DNA from: Haliotis rubra
Taxonomy: Eukaryota
DNA: 64,000 nt
NCBI RefSeq assembly: GCF_003918875.1
Contig: NW_025767034.1
Span: 1 to 64,000, forward strand
Direction: 5' to 3'
Every line of letters starts with the position of its first letter. Positions within the stretch are counted from its first letter, which is position 1. Under the pieces are notes generated by a model, which saw only the letters and a list, made by a program, of their open reading frames with translations, did not search any database and was not told where the DNA came from. This document shows, in pieces, positions 12,860-25,583 of the stretch. Position numbers and translations under genes: made by a program.

Positions 12860-14860
12860 TTGTCCATTCTCCATCCATATAGTTATCCATCTCTGCTCAA
12901 AGGCTCATCTTATGTGTTCCTGTACACGAGACATGTTATCCTTCTCACTAATATGTTCATTCAAGTTATCCATCTCCATAAGAAGTATATCTTCTTATTT
13001 ATACACCATTCACTAGGCACTTCCTTCCATTCCAGTTATCCCATCTCTATCAGCTATCTTTATGTCCTTGTTATTCCACATTTATCTTCACTAATACATT
13101 TCAGTTATCCATCTCATCCAGTTATCATATGTGCCATACATAGGCGTTATGTTCTTCCATACATTCCAGTTATCCATACTCTATTATATTTAGCTACTCT
13201 TCCATTCCATTTCATCGTTCATCTACTATCATCCACTAATTCCGTTCACATTCTTCATGCTCTATTTCAAGGCTCCACCATTTATGTGTGTCATTCGAGG
13301 TCTTTTCCTTCCGGCTCAGGCTCAGTCCATTGTCAGTCAGTCTATATGTGTTACTCTTCCATCCATTCAGTTATCCATCTCCTTTTATGTGTGTCAAGTA
13401 TCTTGGCCATTCCATCTCCTATCTTATATGTGCCTGTGTGTTCTTCCTTGTATCATTCAGTTATCCCACTCACTGTTTGTGCAGTGTCATTTTGTGTTAT
13501 CCTGATGTCCATTCCATCTCTTTGTGCTGCCACTGGCTTATGTTCCATTCCATCCCATCTCCTTTATGTGTGTGTGTCTTCTTCCATATTCAGTTGTCCA
13601 TCTCGTTGTCTGTGTGTGTCCATCTTCCAATGTCCATCTCTGTGTGTCCTCCCCTCCTGTCCTGTCTGTGTGTGTGGGTTATCCACTTCTGTCTGTGTCT
13701 TCCATGTTCCATCCATCTCTCCTTATGTCATTCCTCCATCTGTCTTGTGTGCCATGCCTCCAGGTTGTCTCTCCATGTCATGTGTTGTTTGTTCCAGTTA
13801 TCCATCTCCTGTCTGTCTTGTGTCCGTGTCCATCGTGTCTGTGTGTTGTGTCATTCCGGATTGTCCATCTCTGCTGTCTGTGGTTCGTGCATCCATATCC
13901 TGTGTCTTGTGTGCCTTCATTCCGTTATCCATCTCCTTTATATGCCTTGTGCAGTCCATTCATGCGTTCCTGTCAGTTATCCATTTTCCATTCATGTGCC
14001 TCCTTTCCTTGTGTCCGCATTTCCTCTTCTTTCCATTCCACCTCCTTTCCTTCCATTCCTATATTGCCATTATGTGTCCTTGTGGTTTCCGTCCCTGGCT
14101 CCATTCCTCAGTTCCTGTGGGGTCTTCATTCCGTGCCGTACCTTCCTCATTATTCCTCCTCGTATCCATTCCACTGCTCTCATTGTGCCTTCCATCATTC
14201 CACATCTGGGTCGTTGTGTCCATGGGATTGTCATCACCTCCCTATTCCATACCTGCCTACTACTAGTCCATTCTTCATTCCATACCCTCCTGGGTCCACC
14301 TCCCTGCCTGTCCACCTCCCCTACCTGTCTCCACTACCTACTGTCTTTGCCTGCCACTTGCCTCCCTTCCTCCACTCACTACCCCTGTCTACTTACCTCC
14401 CTCCACTCCTCCTACATGCCTCCTCCCTCTGTCACCTGCCTGCTTGCCTCCTCCTGCCTGTCTGTCCCTGCCTGCTTGCCTCACCCTGCCTCCTGTCACC
14501 ACCTGCTTGCCTCCCTCCACTCCCCTGCCTCCTGCCTCTCTGTCTGCCTGCCTGCTTTCCTCCTCCCTCCCCTGCCTCCCTACCTCTCTGTCTACCTGCC
14601 TCTTGCCTCCCTCCTTCCCCTTGTTCCTGCCTCTCTGTCTGCCTGCCTTCTTGCCTCCTCCTGCCTCACCCCTGCCTACTTACCTCCTCCTGCCTGCCCT
14701 CTTGTCCTCCCTCCTTCCCCTCCCTCCCTGCCTACCCCTGCTTACATGCCCTCCTGCCAAAGGCTATGCCTTACATGAGGCTGCCGCCTGCATCCTTCCT
14801 CTCCTGCCTACCTGCCTCCCCTACCTGTCTGTCTATGTGCTTGCATTCTTTACTGTGCCT
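12860..14860. repeat. Pyrimidine-rich low-complexity tract grading from (TCCAT)/(TGTC)-like to (CCTG/CCTC)n
   Basis: Strong C/T bias on + with degenerate short-period repeats. Confidence 0.9.
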
Positions 14861-15149
14861 TGTTGTGTACGTCAGCGCTCTTGCGGATCATCAGGACAGA
14901 TGAGACAGTGACTCATGGAACTGAAACAGACAATGGCTGTCTGGAAGGATGGGTTTTTCACAGTCACCACATTAAACATATTGTTTGCTGGCCGAATCAA
15001 AAGTTTATTATTTTGTTCTTATTTAAGTTTCAATACAAAATGTATTCATATACTACTGAAGAGTTAGAGTGCCATTCTTTCAGGCGACTATAGTTTATCT
15101 GCATTGAGTGGTGGATAACCACAGAACTCGAGGTGTCAGTGTTCTTTAC

Positions 15150-15410
15150 TTGGTTGGTTGGTTGGTTGGTTAACGTCGCACTCTCAGCAATATTACAGCT
15201 ATTTGGCGGCCGTCTGTAGCAAATAATCGAGTCTGGACAGAGACAGTTCAGTGATCAACGACAGCATCGATCTCCTGTTAATCAATTGGAATACTATGGT
15301 ATGTGTCAGCCAAGTCAGAGCCTGACCACCCGACCCCGTTAGTCTCCTTTTAGCGCATGACAAGCATGGGTTACTGAAGATCAATAATTCTAACCCGGAT
15401 CTTCACGGGG
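15150..15410 (-). mobile_element. SINE-like family B, full length with TSD (other copies about 705-970 +, 26630-26880 +, 28365-28545 +, 30888-31060 -, 52351-52591 -, 53716-53915 +, 59725-59920 -, 62284-62425 -)
   Basis: Core tgacttggttgacacatgtcatcg..gatcactggattgtctggtccagac; 3' end gctggaatattgctgagtgcggcg shared with family A; TSD cagtgttcttt. Confidence 0.85.
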
Positions 15411-16011
15411 ACAGTGTTCTTTGACTTTTCTAGTAGTATATATCAATAAGTGCAATGTTATACTTTGTTCGGAAGGACAGGACTGCTGAAAAAGGAGTCG
15501 TGTCCCAACGTGAAGCAAAACACCGGTTGGGAGTATTTTGGGAACAGCACCATGGCTAAGTATTTTCTACCACATGATCGTGACACATGTATGGATACAA
15601 AGGCCATCCTTTGGTACACGTTAGATTGCTTTTTACCAAGGTGCCTTCACTTAACCACCACAGGGACCCTAGGAAAAATACTACCCACATAGGTGTCCTC
15701 CTTCCCCATCCCATATAGGTAATAATGTATATACACATTAAATAAACATTGTTCACGTGGAGGTTATGAAGACATTTACACATACATATGATGCTGTATT
15801 TTCTTTTTTGTCGTCAACCAGTCTACATGTTCATGTAGAAACGTCCTTGTGTACTAGATATTTCAATCCGTTGCAAACCACTACCAAACTGTTTTTATGC
15901 ATTGTATGTTGGAAGTGTATACTTTAACATCACAGTTTTCTCTTAGCTTTAAACTTGAAAGGGAAGGGTTTGTGATGTTAAAGGAGTTATATTTGAAAGG
16001 GATTCAAATAG

Positions 16012-16012
<1 letters not shown>

Positions 16013-16063
<51 letters not shown>

Positions 16064-16083
16064 ACACACACACACACACACAC
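16013..16083. repeat. (CA)n microsatellite
   Basis: Direct reading. Confidence 0.97.
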
Positions 16084-16931
16084 TCTTTTACTTATGATAT
16101 AATCAGAAGAGTATAAGCAGACACAGCTTTTAGCAGAGATTTGCTTTGGTTATGGTTAGGTTTTTGTTGCCTTTGCAGGGGACAAGACAAAATATTTTGA
16201 GACAATATAATGAATGATTTGCTGGGAATACAAAAATAATCTATATTATGTTATATCGTGACTATTATCTGTGAAGTCCCAAAACAAATTTGTATATGTA
16301 TGCGTCCATTTGGCAAACAATGCAAAATGTTTCATACCAGACACTTTACCTAAATATTTTCATACATTTGACTCTCACCTTTCAGATTATGGAAGCAGTG
16401 TACACGTTGTTGGACTGACACGTCGTCCTCTTCTGGTTTTCATGTAAAGGTATTTCCGAGAACAAGTGATGGGATGACTGAACGTTCTTTAAACAACACA
16501 ACAAGTGAATCAAAGAAACTGTTAAGATATCGTATCATGGTTGCTAATGATCAGGTCACCTTTATCATTAAAAACATTAAAATGGTCAGAAAGCTATCTT
16601 TTGCCATATACGGGCGTAGTAAGTTAACATTTTCAAAGGTTGGTCCAGACGTCAAATAAAACAAAACAGATAATTTAAGCCAACACCAGACAATAACCAG
16701 TCTCCAGTATCCAACCGGTACGCCGATTCAGATGGACATAAGAGGGACGTCAGCCCACCAACAGTTACATCAACCCAGTAGATGTAAATACAAAATATGA
16801 AGGCTAAGAGGATAACCGGTCTTCATCATCCACCGAGGGCGAGACGTAGTTCCGAGCTTTAATCACTGCAGCAGAGTGTATGTGTGTCATACCTGTTCTC
16901 ATCGCTGTCGTGCCGCGAAGGCTAAAATATA

Positions 16932-18432
16932 TACTCCTCAAAAGAAACGCATCATGAAAATAGCAATTTCATGTAGCAATGAATTAAACGTGATTCATTT
17001 TACAAAAGGGTTTTCTCTGTTTATAAGTCCTATGGTGTTTATTTTTGAAACATCACAACAAAACGCACCATCCGTAAAATACCCGTAATTAACAGCATGA
17101 TTTTCGATTTCGGCGTGTAGTGTCACTTGAATACACAATTCACATGCAATGCACGTGAAAGTTAGGGGATCAGATAGTCTCAATGATGGGTATAAAGATT
17201 GATCGCTGTCTGTCGATTATTCACTGTATTTGGAATATTTGTTGACGAACGCAAACTGCCACATCTAAGTGAAGCCAACCGTCATATCGCCATTGGTTTG
17301 CTTGAAGCTGGCCAGTCCGACGCATGAATGTTCACCAAAGCACCATTTCACGGCTCTGGGAGATATCGCCGGTAGAATGTGGTAGCAGATGCCCTTCGTA
17401 GTGGGGCGACCTCGAGCGACCACTGCGGCGCAGGATCGCTACATCCGGGTACATCACCTGCGTCATCGAACAGCTACGGCGACCAGTACCGCTCGACAAA
17501 TAGCCGGATTGAGGAGGCTTTCTGCACAGACCGTCAGGAACAGGTTGAGAGAGGCTGGTTTACGTGCCAGAAGACCTTCATTTTGGCCCTGTGCTTCGAC
17601 AACAACATCGTCGACATCAAGTTCAATGGTGCACCAACGTTCAGGCCTGGAACCTACCGAATTGGCGTAGAATCTGGTTCAGTGATGACTCACGATTTCT
17701 ATTGGAACGACGCGATGGAAGAATGCGGATGTACAGACGTCGACGTGAACGTTTCGCCGACGCTTGCGTTCCCCAGGTGGACAGATTCGGCCGGGAAGTG
17801 TTATGATGTGGGGAGCGATCACCTGCCGTAGGAGAAGTGATTTGGTGATGATCCAGGGCAACCTGACAGCTCAACGGTACTGTGACGAAATCCTACGCCT
17901 ACACCTCCTTCCAGTCATTGATCGCCAGAGGGAGTTGTTTCAACAGGACAATGCCAGGCCCCACACAGCACGTCACACTAGAGACTTCCTCCAGAACCAC
18001 AACATCAATGTGCTCCCCTGGCCCTCAAGATCACCGGACTTAAACCCGATCGAACATCTGTGGGATGCCCTGGACAGACGGGTGCGACGCCGTAACCCTC
18101 AGCCTCAGACACTTCAGCAACTCGCACCGGCACTACAGGCAGAGTGGTCTGCGATTGGGCAACACGAGATTCTGAGACTTATTCGTTCGATGCCGAGGCG
18201 ATGCCGTGCAGTTCTGGCTGCCCACGGTGGTCACACGAGGTATTGACTTCAGCGCCACCACACGTCTCCATGTGACACTCAAACTGACTTTCGGTGCCAA
18301 AGACGGATAAGTCTGCATTCCCAGTGTGCAATTTCGCTATATTTCATTGACTCATAAAGCCTACAAGATGTTTCAAAATAAACATAAAAATACAGTTGAA
18401 ATTCCTATATGCGTTTCTTTTTTGGGAGAGTA
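16932..18432 (+). mobile_element. Full-length Tc1/mariner transposon, DD34E; transposase about 17256-18246, frameshifted
   Basis: TIRs tactcctcaaaagaaacgca / tgcgtttctttttgggagagta flanked by TA; TATA-like tataaa at 17191; HTH and GRPR region; FSDDSRF, QQDNARPH and SPDLNPIEHLW with 34 residues between D and E; ends GGHTRY*. Confidence 0.95.
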
Positions 18433-18699
18433 TATATTTCGGATATCCCGGGGGAGCTAATTTTCCCAGGGTGTAGGGGAGTACTGCCAATGCTAAAGAT
18501 ACTGTGAATAATTTCAGGGAAGGCATAATCCTTGTCGGGGAGTAGATCGATCTATGGATATGGGGTAATTTCTTTTAAAAACATCGTGGATTTTATTTAG
18601 TAGCGTGTACACATTATTTTAGACTTATTTATCTTCGAAGTGTATACCTACGCTTATAAATGCCCAGGTGTCTGGTTGCAAGAACATTTAGATATAAAT

Positions 18700-19440
18700 T
18701 TTAGCTAAATATGACAATGGAACCTTATTGTTATAATTTGTAAATCAAGAAGAGCGGGTGGTTTGTTTTATAATGTTTTTTAATTCTTTGTATGAGAATC
18801 TCGTTGAGCCTGTCTTATCATATGGTTCGGGAATTTGGGGCACTAAAATTCAATTGTATTAATGCGGTACAGAATCGAGCCTGTAGATTTTACTTAGCAG
18901 TTGGCATGGAAACCCAACTTTGCTTGCCCGTTGTGATATGACCTAGACCTTCGTGATAACAAAGCACAGAATTGAAATACTCAGATTCTGGCGCAGATTA
19001 CAAACTGCAGGTTATTCAAAGGAACACAAAGTACCGTTTGCAGATAAAATGTCAGGGGCGGTGGGGTAGCGTAGTAGTTACAGCGTTCGCTCGTCACGCC
19101 GAAGACCGGGTTCGATTCCCCACATGGGTAAAAATGTGTGAAGGCTCATTTCTGGTGTCCCCGCCCTGATATTGCTGGGAAATTGCTAAAAGCGGCGTAA
19201 AACTAAACTCAATCCACTCAGCTCAATTTCGTAGATCCTGGAATAATATTGTATTCAACCATTTCATTTTCCATTTACCAATTTATGATTTGAATAATAT
19301 CTCAACTGACGAGTTTTGTTGTCTAAAGGCTGCCTTCTGTCTCTCGATTACTCTGATTGGTTACACGGGCTTTGAAATGATTCAGGCCAAACTAGTCGGT
19401 AATACATTACGTACATATCGGCGAAGAGCTCAGCAGTGAA
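18700..19440 (+). mobile_element. Decayed LINE ORF2 fragment (post-RT region, L2/CR1-group-like), interrupted by a SINE
   Basis: LYENLVEPVLSYGSGIWG..INAVQNRACRFYL motif. Confidence 0.65.
19055..19220 (+). mobile_element. SINE family A
   Basis: Same head (gtc anticodon loop), core and tail. Confidence 0.85.
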
Positions 19441-22400
19441 AACAAGGTATTTCTTCAGCTATTTTAAAGCGTGCCAAGGTTGTTGGACCAGAATCTGAAA
19501 TTTGAGGTTAGTTGACTTTGTTGATGACGATGCTGCTGGACGGTACAGCGATGGGAATCAAAGACGGTGAAGTTCTTCACCAAGTCTTCGTTCCCCAGAG
19601 TCGGTCTTTTGAGGAAGCTTTCTGAGGAAGCCATTGCATCGGTGTGTGTACATGCAGTGTGTGTGGAACGAAACGGAATAACAATCCCACCAAACTCCTT
19701 CGCCTGGATAGAAGTCGGCTGGTCTTAAATGTAAAACTGAGGGCTTCCTTTTAGCTGCTCAGGATTGGTCACTTCCCTCTCGCAATCGCCTAAAATCAAC
19801 GATTCTTAAAGAAAATATCAATATGGAAATATCGACTTTGCAATGAATAAACGGAGACTGTCCAACACCTTGTCAGTGGATGCCTTCCTTGGCACAAACA
19901 TTATATCTTAAAACGACATGCTCGCGGCAACGCTGGCTGGCTCGTTGCTTTTGCTACCGTCTCTGACAATGCCTGTGCGCTTTGACTCCGAGTCCATCCA
20001 TGGTACGACCCTGAACATGTCAGGACGTGTCATGAGAAAATGATGCTTTCAAACTTCTGTGGAATAGGCCCATATACAGCCTCAGAAGAATTCCCGCCAA
20101 CAAACCTGATCTTGTGCTTTTTTGATAAAGCCAATGAATTTATTTATAGTCATTGAATTTTTTCTTCCTTTTGACGCACCAATGTGATTGGCAAGATTAA
20201 GGAAAAGCATGATAAATATGCGGACCCTCGCCTTTGAAATGTCTCGCTTGCATCCCAAATTACACTGTCGTCAGGCTCCCCATTATATTCTCGGTGCCCT
20301 TGGTTTTGGTACCTCTGATCTCTTGGCACCGATCAGGGAGTGTCAGGAGTTCTCCACCAGGCTATTACCAGCCCTTCAGACACTCTGAGGTAATGCATAA
20401 GGCTGCAGTGTTCAGGGAGCCTTCATATTCTCAGAGAAGTTCTTGAGGTGGGTTCGACTAGGCAGCGTTTCCTGGGAGAAGTCCCATTCGCTATACCTGG
20501 GCTTCGTGTAGAGGGGCAAAGGGCCTGAGCTGATGATAGAGCCTTACCAGGCTGACTGTGCCAGGATCACCAGAACCCTCTCCCTACTGCATTTTTTCAT
20601 CTTTAATCTATGGAAACATATAATATAGTTTATTTTTGAAAATACGCCATACATTCATTATTAACACACCGGGCCATTAATGCAGGCGAAAAGACACCCT
20701 AGTGTAAAATTACAAATATTTCCCAAATATTCTTTAAAACAATTTAAAAATTCAGCATGCATAGAATTCAACCCAATACAAATATGTTCTTACATACCTC
20801 ACACCAGCCATCCCAATCGCTGACCGACAGAGCTCTGACCCCAACCCTAGCCACGCTTCCCATATCGACCAAGAGCCCACCTCTCCCCAGGGAGTACTAA
20901 TTCCCAGATCGACACACACCCCGACCCTTGATAAACTTTACCCTCCACCACACACATCCACCCACCCCTCACCCAACCTCCTCAGCGCACGCGCTCACAC
21001 GTGCACGCTCTGATATACTCTGCACTTCAGCCCGTCCCTACACACACGCACAAGAACACTCTGTTCACTGATTTTCAACTACATTCAATTTTCCAATCAT
21101 AAGCCGTCTGAACCAAGTTATATTTTTCCCAAATCAATCAAACTCATACATCCATTCATACACATATCTAATCAAGTCAGCCCCTCCACTCAGCCTAGCC
21201 GTCAGTCATTCTTTCTTTACGTTTCCTACACAGCAGTTCCGTACACAAGCTTCACACACTCCAGTTAACTTCTTGGAACCTTATGTTGCCATATAATGTT
21301 ACTCAATAGATCCCAACAACGCAGTATTTTACGGTACATTTCCACGTGACCAGACTGCTCAGAACTTTCGTTATCTTGAAATTACATTGACAGTAGTCTG
21401 TTATTGTGTGGAGAACCTACAACGGGTTTATATGGTGTCAATATGGAGTTGATAATTTAATGTCCAATTAAAGAAAAAGAATATGAAGAATAGACTGAAA
21501 AGTGGTGATCCAGTAAGTTTATTGCTATTTTATACGTTCAAAGCTTAGAAGTATTCGCGTTGATCCCTGTTTTTAGCTGTAATTTGTGTGAGCCTCTGGA
21601 GTGAGACAGCTATGTTCATTTCCAGCCACCATAGGCATTGTTTATTGCAGGTACCGCCAGAGGCTGTCGCTCATTCAACCGAGAAACGTCAGCAATTTAG
21701 TTTTCCGGCCTTGAACCTCCCCCATCATTACCAAAGATTTGAAGAAGTACGTATCCGCTGAATGAGGAAGGATACATGGAAGTGTCAACCCCAGTAGATT
21801 GTTCATAGAGGGTTTTCTAAAACTTTACATGCGTATTTGCACATGTTCTGAAACAAGGTTAGTTTACGCAGTAGGTAATAGATATCTCATACTGCTCATT
21901 CCGCCGAGAACGGACTATCTGCAACTTTGGGAGACAGCTCACATCTTTATTCTCAAACAGAGTCTTTGGAAACGTGTAGAAATCGATGAATTTCTCGGAA
22001 TGTTTTTAAGTCAGACATTTTAAGTCGTTAGTTCGCAATTAGTTTTAGTGTTGATGTCCTCCGCTGATTAATTTTAGAATGCAGAATATTAGAGGAATAA
22101 ATACTTTTAATTGTTGTGCCATAGTTTTAGGAAAATAAATTCTTAAACCTCGATGGCATTCCAGCTTTGTGGCTTACGTCTGAGTTATTCTCATAAATAT
22201 ATCCACATCATAATATTTCCCTGGAGTGGGGAAGTATTCTGCAAGGTACCAGGTACTTTTTCACTTTGAACAAATTAAAGAACTTGAAGGTGTCAGTGCT
22301 GATAATTCCTAAAATTCTCGCACACTTTTTACTTTTCTAAAATTAATAATGTATCATCACGCATTTTAAGATGCATAAATATCGATGGTGTTCATAGACA

Positions 22401-22514
22401 AGGCATGGTTCAAAGATAGATTCTGTAGACCAGAATAACTTGGTAGCAATGAAATCAGATTGCTCTCTAGTCGCCGGTCGGACCTCAAGTCAAGAGTCAG
22501 GTCCTAATTGGTAC

Positions 22515-22678
22515 AGGAAGCCTTGTGGTTAAAGCGTTTAAAGCTTGTCACTAGAAGGCTCAGTTTTGATTACACACATGGAACAATGATATGAAGCCCA
22601 TTTCTGGTGAATGCCTCTCGGTGATATTGCTGGATTATTGTTGAAACCGGCGTAAAAGAGCCTAAGCTCGCTCGCTCC
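22515..22678 (+). mobile_element. SINE family A (diverged)
   Basis: gaagcccatttctggtg...gatattgctgga core. Confidence 0.7.
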
Positions 22679-22858
22679 ACAGAAGTCAGGTCTGTTTTGT
22701 CCTACGAGATTTAAACCAAGCATGGATGTTGCATTTAAAGCTTCCAGTAAATGATTATACCATCTATATCACGTGTAATGGTCTGTATTAGTACCCACGG
22801 CAAACCAAACTACGCAAACATACGTACGCATTACGCACGCACGCTACACACGCATTGC

Positions 22859-23245
22859 AGACCGCCTCCCGTGGCGTGAGTGGTTAGAGCGTCCGCCCGG
22901 AGTGCGAAGGTCGCGGGTTCGATCCCCCGACCGCGTCATACCAAAAGACGTTAAAAAATATGGTGCTTGTTTGGTCCCTACCTGGCGCTCGGCATCAATG
23001 GGACCAACAAAAGGACTGTAGTCGAACTCGGAGTCAGTATAATGTGTCTTGAGTGCGGGGTATTCGTAGCTTCCTGCGGCACTGTGGTATCTCAGTGGGC
23101 TAGCACTCCTAAAACCAGCTTAAGTCTGGGCTGGAGTACAAGCAGCCACAGCATACACATACACACGCACGCATGTACGTCTTGATAGGACTGAAAATAT
23201 TCTCAAGCACGACGTTAAGGCCCTGAATTTCACCTCACCTCACAG
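22859..23245 (+). mobile_element. Full-length tRNA-headed SINE of the MetaSINE/RUDI type (family C)
   Basis: A box tggcgtgagtgg, B box ggttcgatccc, central gtcataccaaaagacgttaaaaaatatggt domain, (CACCT)n tail, TSD cacgcattgc on both sides. Confidence 0.85.
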
Positions 23246-24264
23246 CACGCATTGCGCGACCTCCCACCAGCTCAGCCGAGGACTGCGCTGACCGTCTGTC
23301 GAGTAGAAAGAGTGGACACAGTTGCAACCAGTTCATGTAAAATGCTGTTTCAAATATATTGGGTTATGGAGTTAATTTCCACGCAGCCTATTCAACTTTT
23401 CCATCCCTGATAAAGTGGGAAATGTTCAAACAAACAGAACAGGAAGTAAAGACATGTATTGCTTCGACATCCAACCGTCTTCATTGCTCAAAAAACGCAC
23501 ATCTGTCCGGCATTAATTGATCTCCAAACCATTACACTGATGTCGGTACAATTTATAAAGACCATAGAACTGCTTCTTTTCCAACACTTGAATAACGGTA
23601 GAAGTTAATAGAAGTTTGGCCATCGGCATCTCCTGACCAGCGTTGAAAAGTAATGAAGCATGTCGCGACACACTGACTGGTGAATTGCAACTGTAAGGAG
23701 AGTGACTGCAAGAGCGGACATAAGAAGTTGCACCTGTTCATGTGGTGTATGATGAAGAACACAAAATGCTCAAAACTACTCTAAAACCTGACACTGTTAA
23801 GTTTTATTTGTTTTACATATAATGCTTGACAGATTCATATAGAATCTACACACAAACACTTTTGTTGAGAAATCCACTTACTGAGATCGTATTTTGTCTC
23901 CGAACATCGTCCACGTCTGGCAGATATCACAGCAATGGGGGAGTAAATCAGAAGTGTACTAAAGGAATTCTTTTTATATTACGTTTTTGTATAAAGCTAA
24001 TCCGCTTTGTTTTCTTAATGAAATGCATTTTTGGATTGTCGTAGTAAATATTTTTACGTAATAAGTAGGCCTTTAATACTTAGGCTCGAAGTAGTGGGAG
24101 ATATTCTACACTGATGAAAACTACGAACGAACTTATTCAAGCGCACTGTTTGGAAACAATCCACAATCAACCGATATTTTAGTAAATATCTTTTCTGTGT
24201 CTCAGTTTGTGATAAACAAATTAGAATGAAACTGCTACACAACCAAATGCAATGTTTATTTCCG

Positions 24265-24975
24265 GGTCCTAAACTCCACCTGGACGCGGCACGGGCCAAC
24301 ACAGACTACTGCCACGTAACTACGGGCGGTCCAGCTAACAAGTTAACTTGCTGATCCCTACACACACGGGATGTGGGGCAGAACAGACTACAGGAGTACA
24401 AGGGGACCTGTAGCTCCCCATCCCCTTCCTCTCATCCTCACTCCACCCTCCACACCCCTACACCCACCCCAGATACTGGGAGACTGAAACCAGGGTGAGG
24501 GTGGATGATAAACTGTACCACCTGCCAGTCCTGGAGATGGGACTCTGCGAGGGCGGGACAGGTGGACAGTGGGAGGTATGTTTCTCTACAGCGCCGCTCC
24601 TGGTGTGTAATCCCTAGTGGTAGGGAGCTGTGGCAGACACTGGTGGAGTTTCTGTACCTGGGTGTGTAGGGAGGAGGAAGCTGGGGCAGTGTCAGCCGGG
24701 AACACCATGTCCCTCACTCCCGGCACACAGGCCACCCTCCACTATGGCGTTGTACTGGATGTGGGGAGAGGGACGAGTGGCATTCATTGACCTGGACAGA
24801 CAGGTTGTTCTAGGCAAAGTATGATGTTGAGTTCAGTGAGCCACTCGTCCCCATGTTCGAATGCTGGAGCCCGCCAGCAATACTGGCTACACTGTGTCCA
24901 TGAGTCCTGATCAGCGGGAGGGGACATCTTACGCAGCTGACACGAAGGAGCTCCTCATCTACCAAGCTGAAATAG
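24265..24975 (+). CDS. B30.2/PRY-SPRY domain exon, copy 1 (TRIM/butyrophilin-like; frameshifted as assembled)
   Basis: Stitched translation KLHLDAARANTDYCHVT..RLQEYKGTCSS..RYWETETRV..LEMGLCE..RRSWCV..HYGVVLDVGRGRVAFIDLDRQVVLGKYDVEFSEPLVPMF carries the LDxxTA, YWE, GVxLD..G.xxF and F.EPL.PxF motifs of B30.2. Confidence 0.75.
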
Positions 24976-25583
24976 AAAATTAACTCGCCATGGAACTGTA
25001 AGAAATCAGCCATGAGACTGTGTATGAAGTCAGCCATGAGGCTGTGTGGGGAGTTATCTGTGTAAACGGAGATGTTTCTATCAACTGTTTCAAGGAGAAA
25101 GTAGAGAAGAAGCGGACATAGAAGGGTTCAGTTTGTGTTCTGTTTGTTTGTCTACAAAATACAACCAAGTTCTTCGGATGTCTGCTTTCACACCACTTTC
25201 CTGGGATTCTCCTGAGAGACTGGAAAACATTTTAAAAATACTCACATGAATATCAGTATGAGTGAAATTATTGCTGTAGACGATGTAATTGTCCAAGCAG
25301 TAAATGATTCTAATGACGATGTGATGTAAGTCAAAGGGACACAGAAGAAGTGAACACACAAAAGGTAAAAAATTGTTTCAAAACCAGATTTCTTCAGCTT
25401 ATATTGATATTTTATAACTAAATAGAAGTTTTTGAATCCACACACAATTGTTGATATATTGAAATTATCACAGTAGTTGATGTGAATATGTCAGAGTGAA
25501 AACTCACAAGGAAACCACTCAAGAATCAGGTGTTTCCACAAAATGTCCAAAATCATTCAAACAGGATTTCCCCTTATTATACA

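Noticed and set aside
12860-14911. Long ORFs of 459-496 aa in all three plus frames
   Set aside because: Artefact of A-poor low-complexity sequence that lacks stop codons; all frames are open and there are no domain motifs.
19055-19130. tRNA-Asp gene (also other SINE heads such as 22865-22935)
   Set aside because: A and B boxes are present but run directly into SINE core and tail, copies are dispersed and diverged, and no intact acceptor stem or oligo-T terminator was seen.
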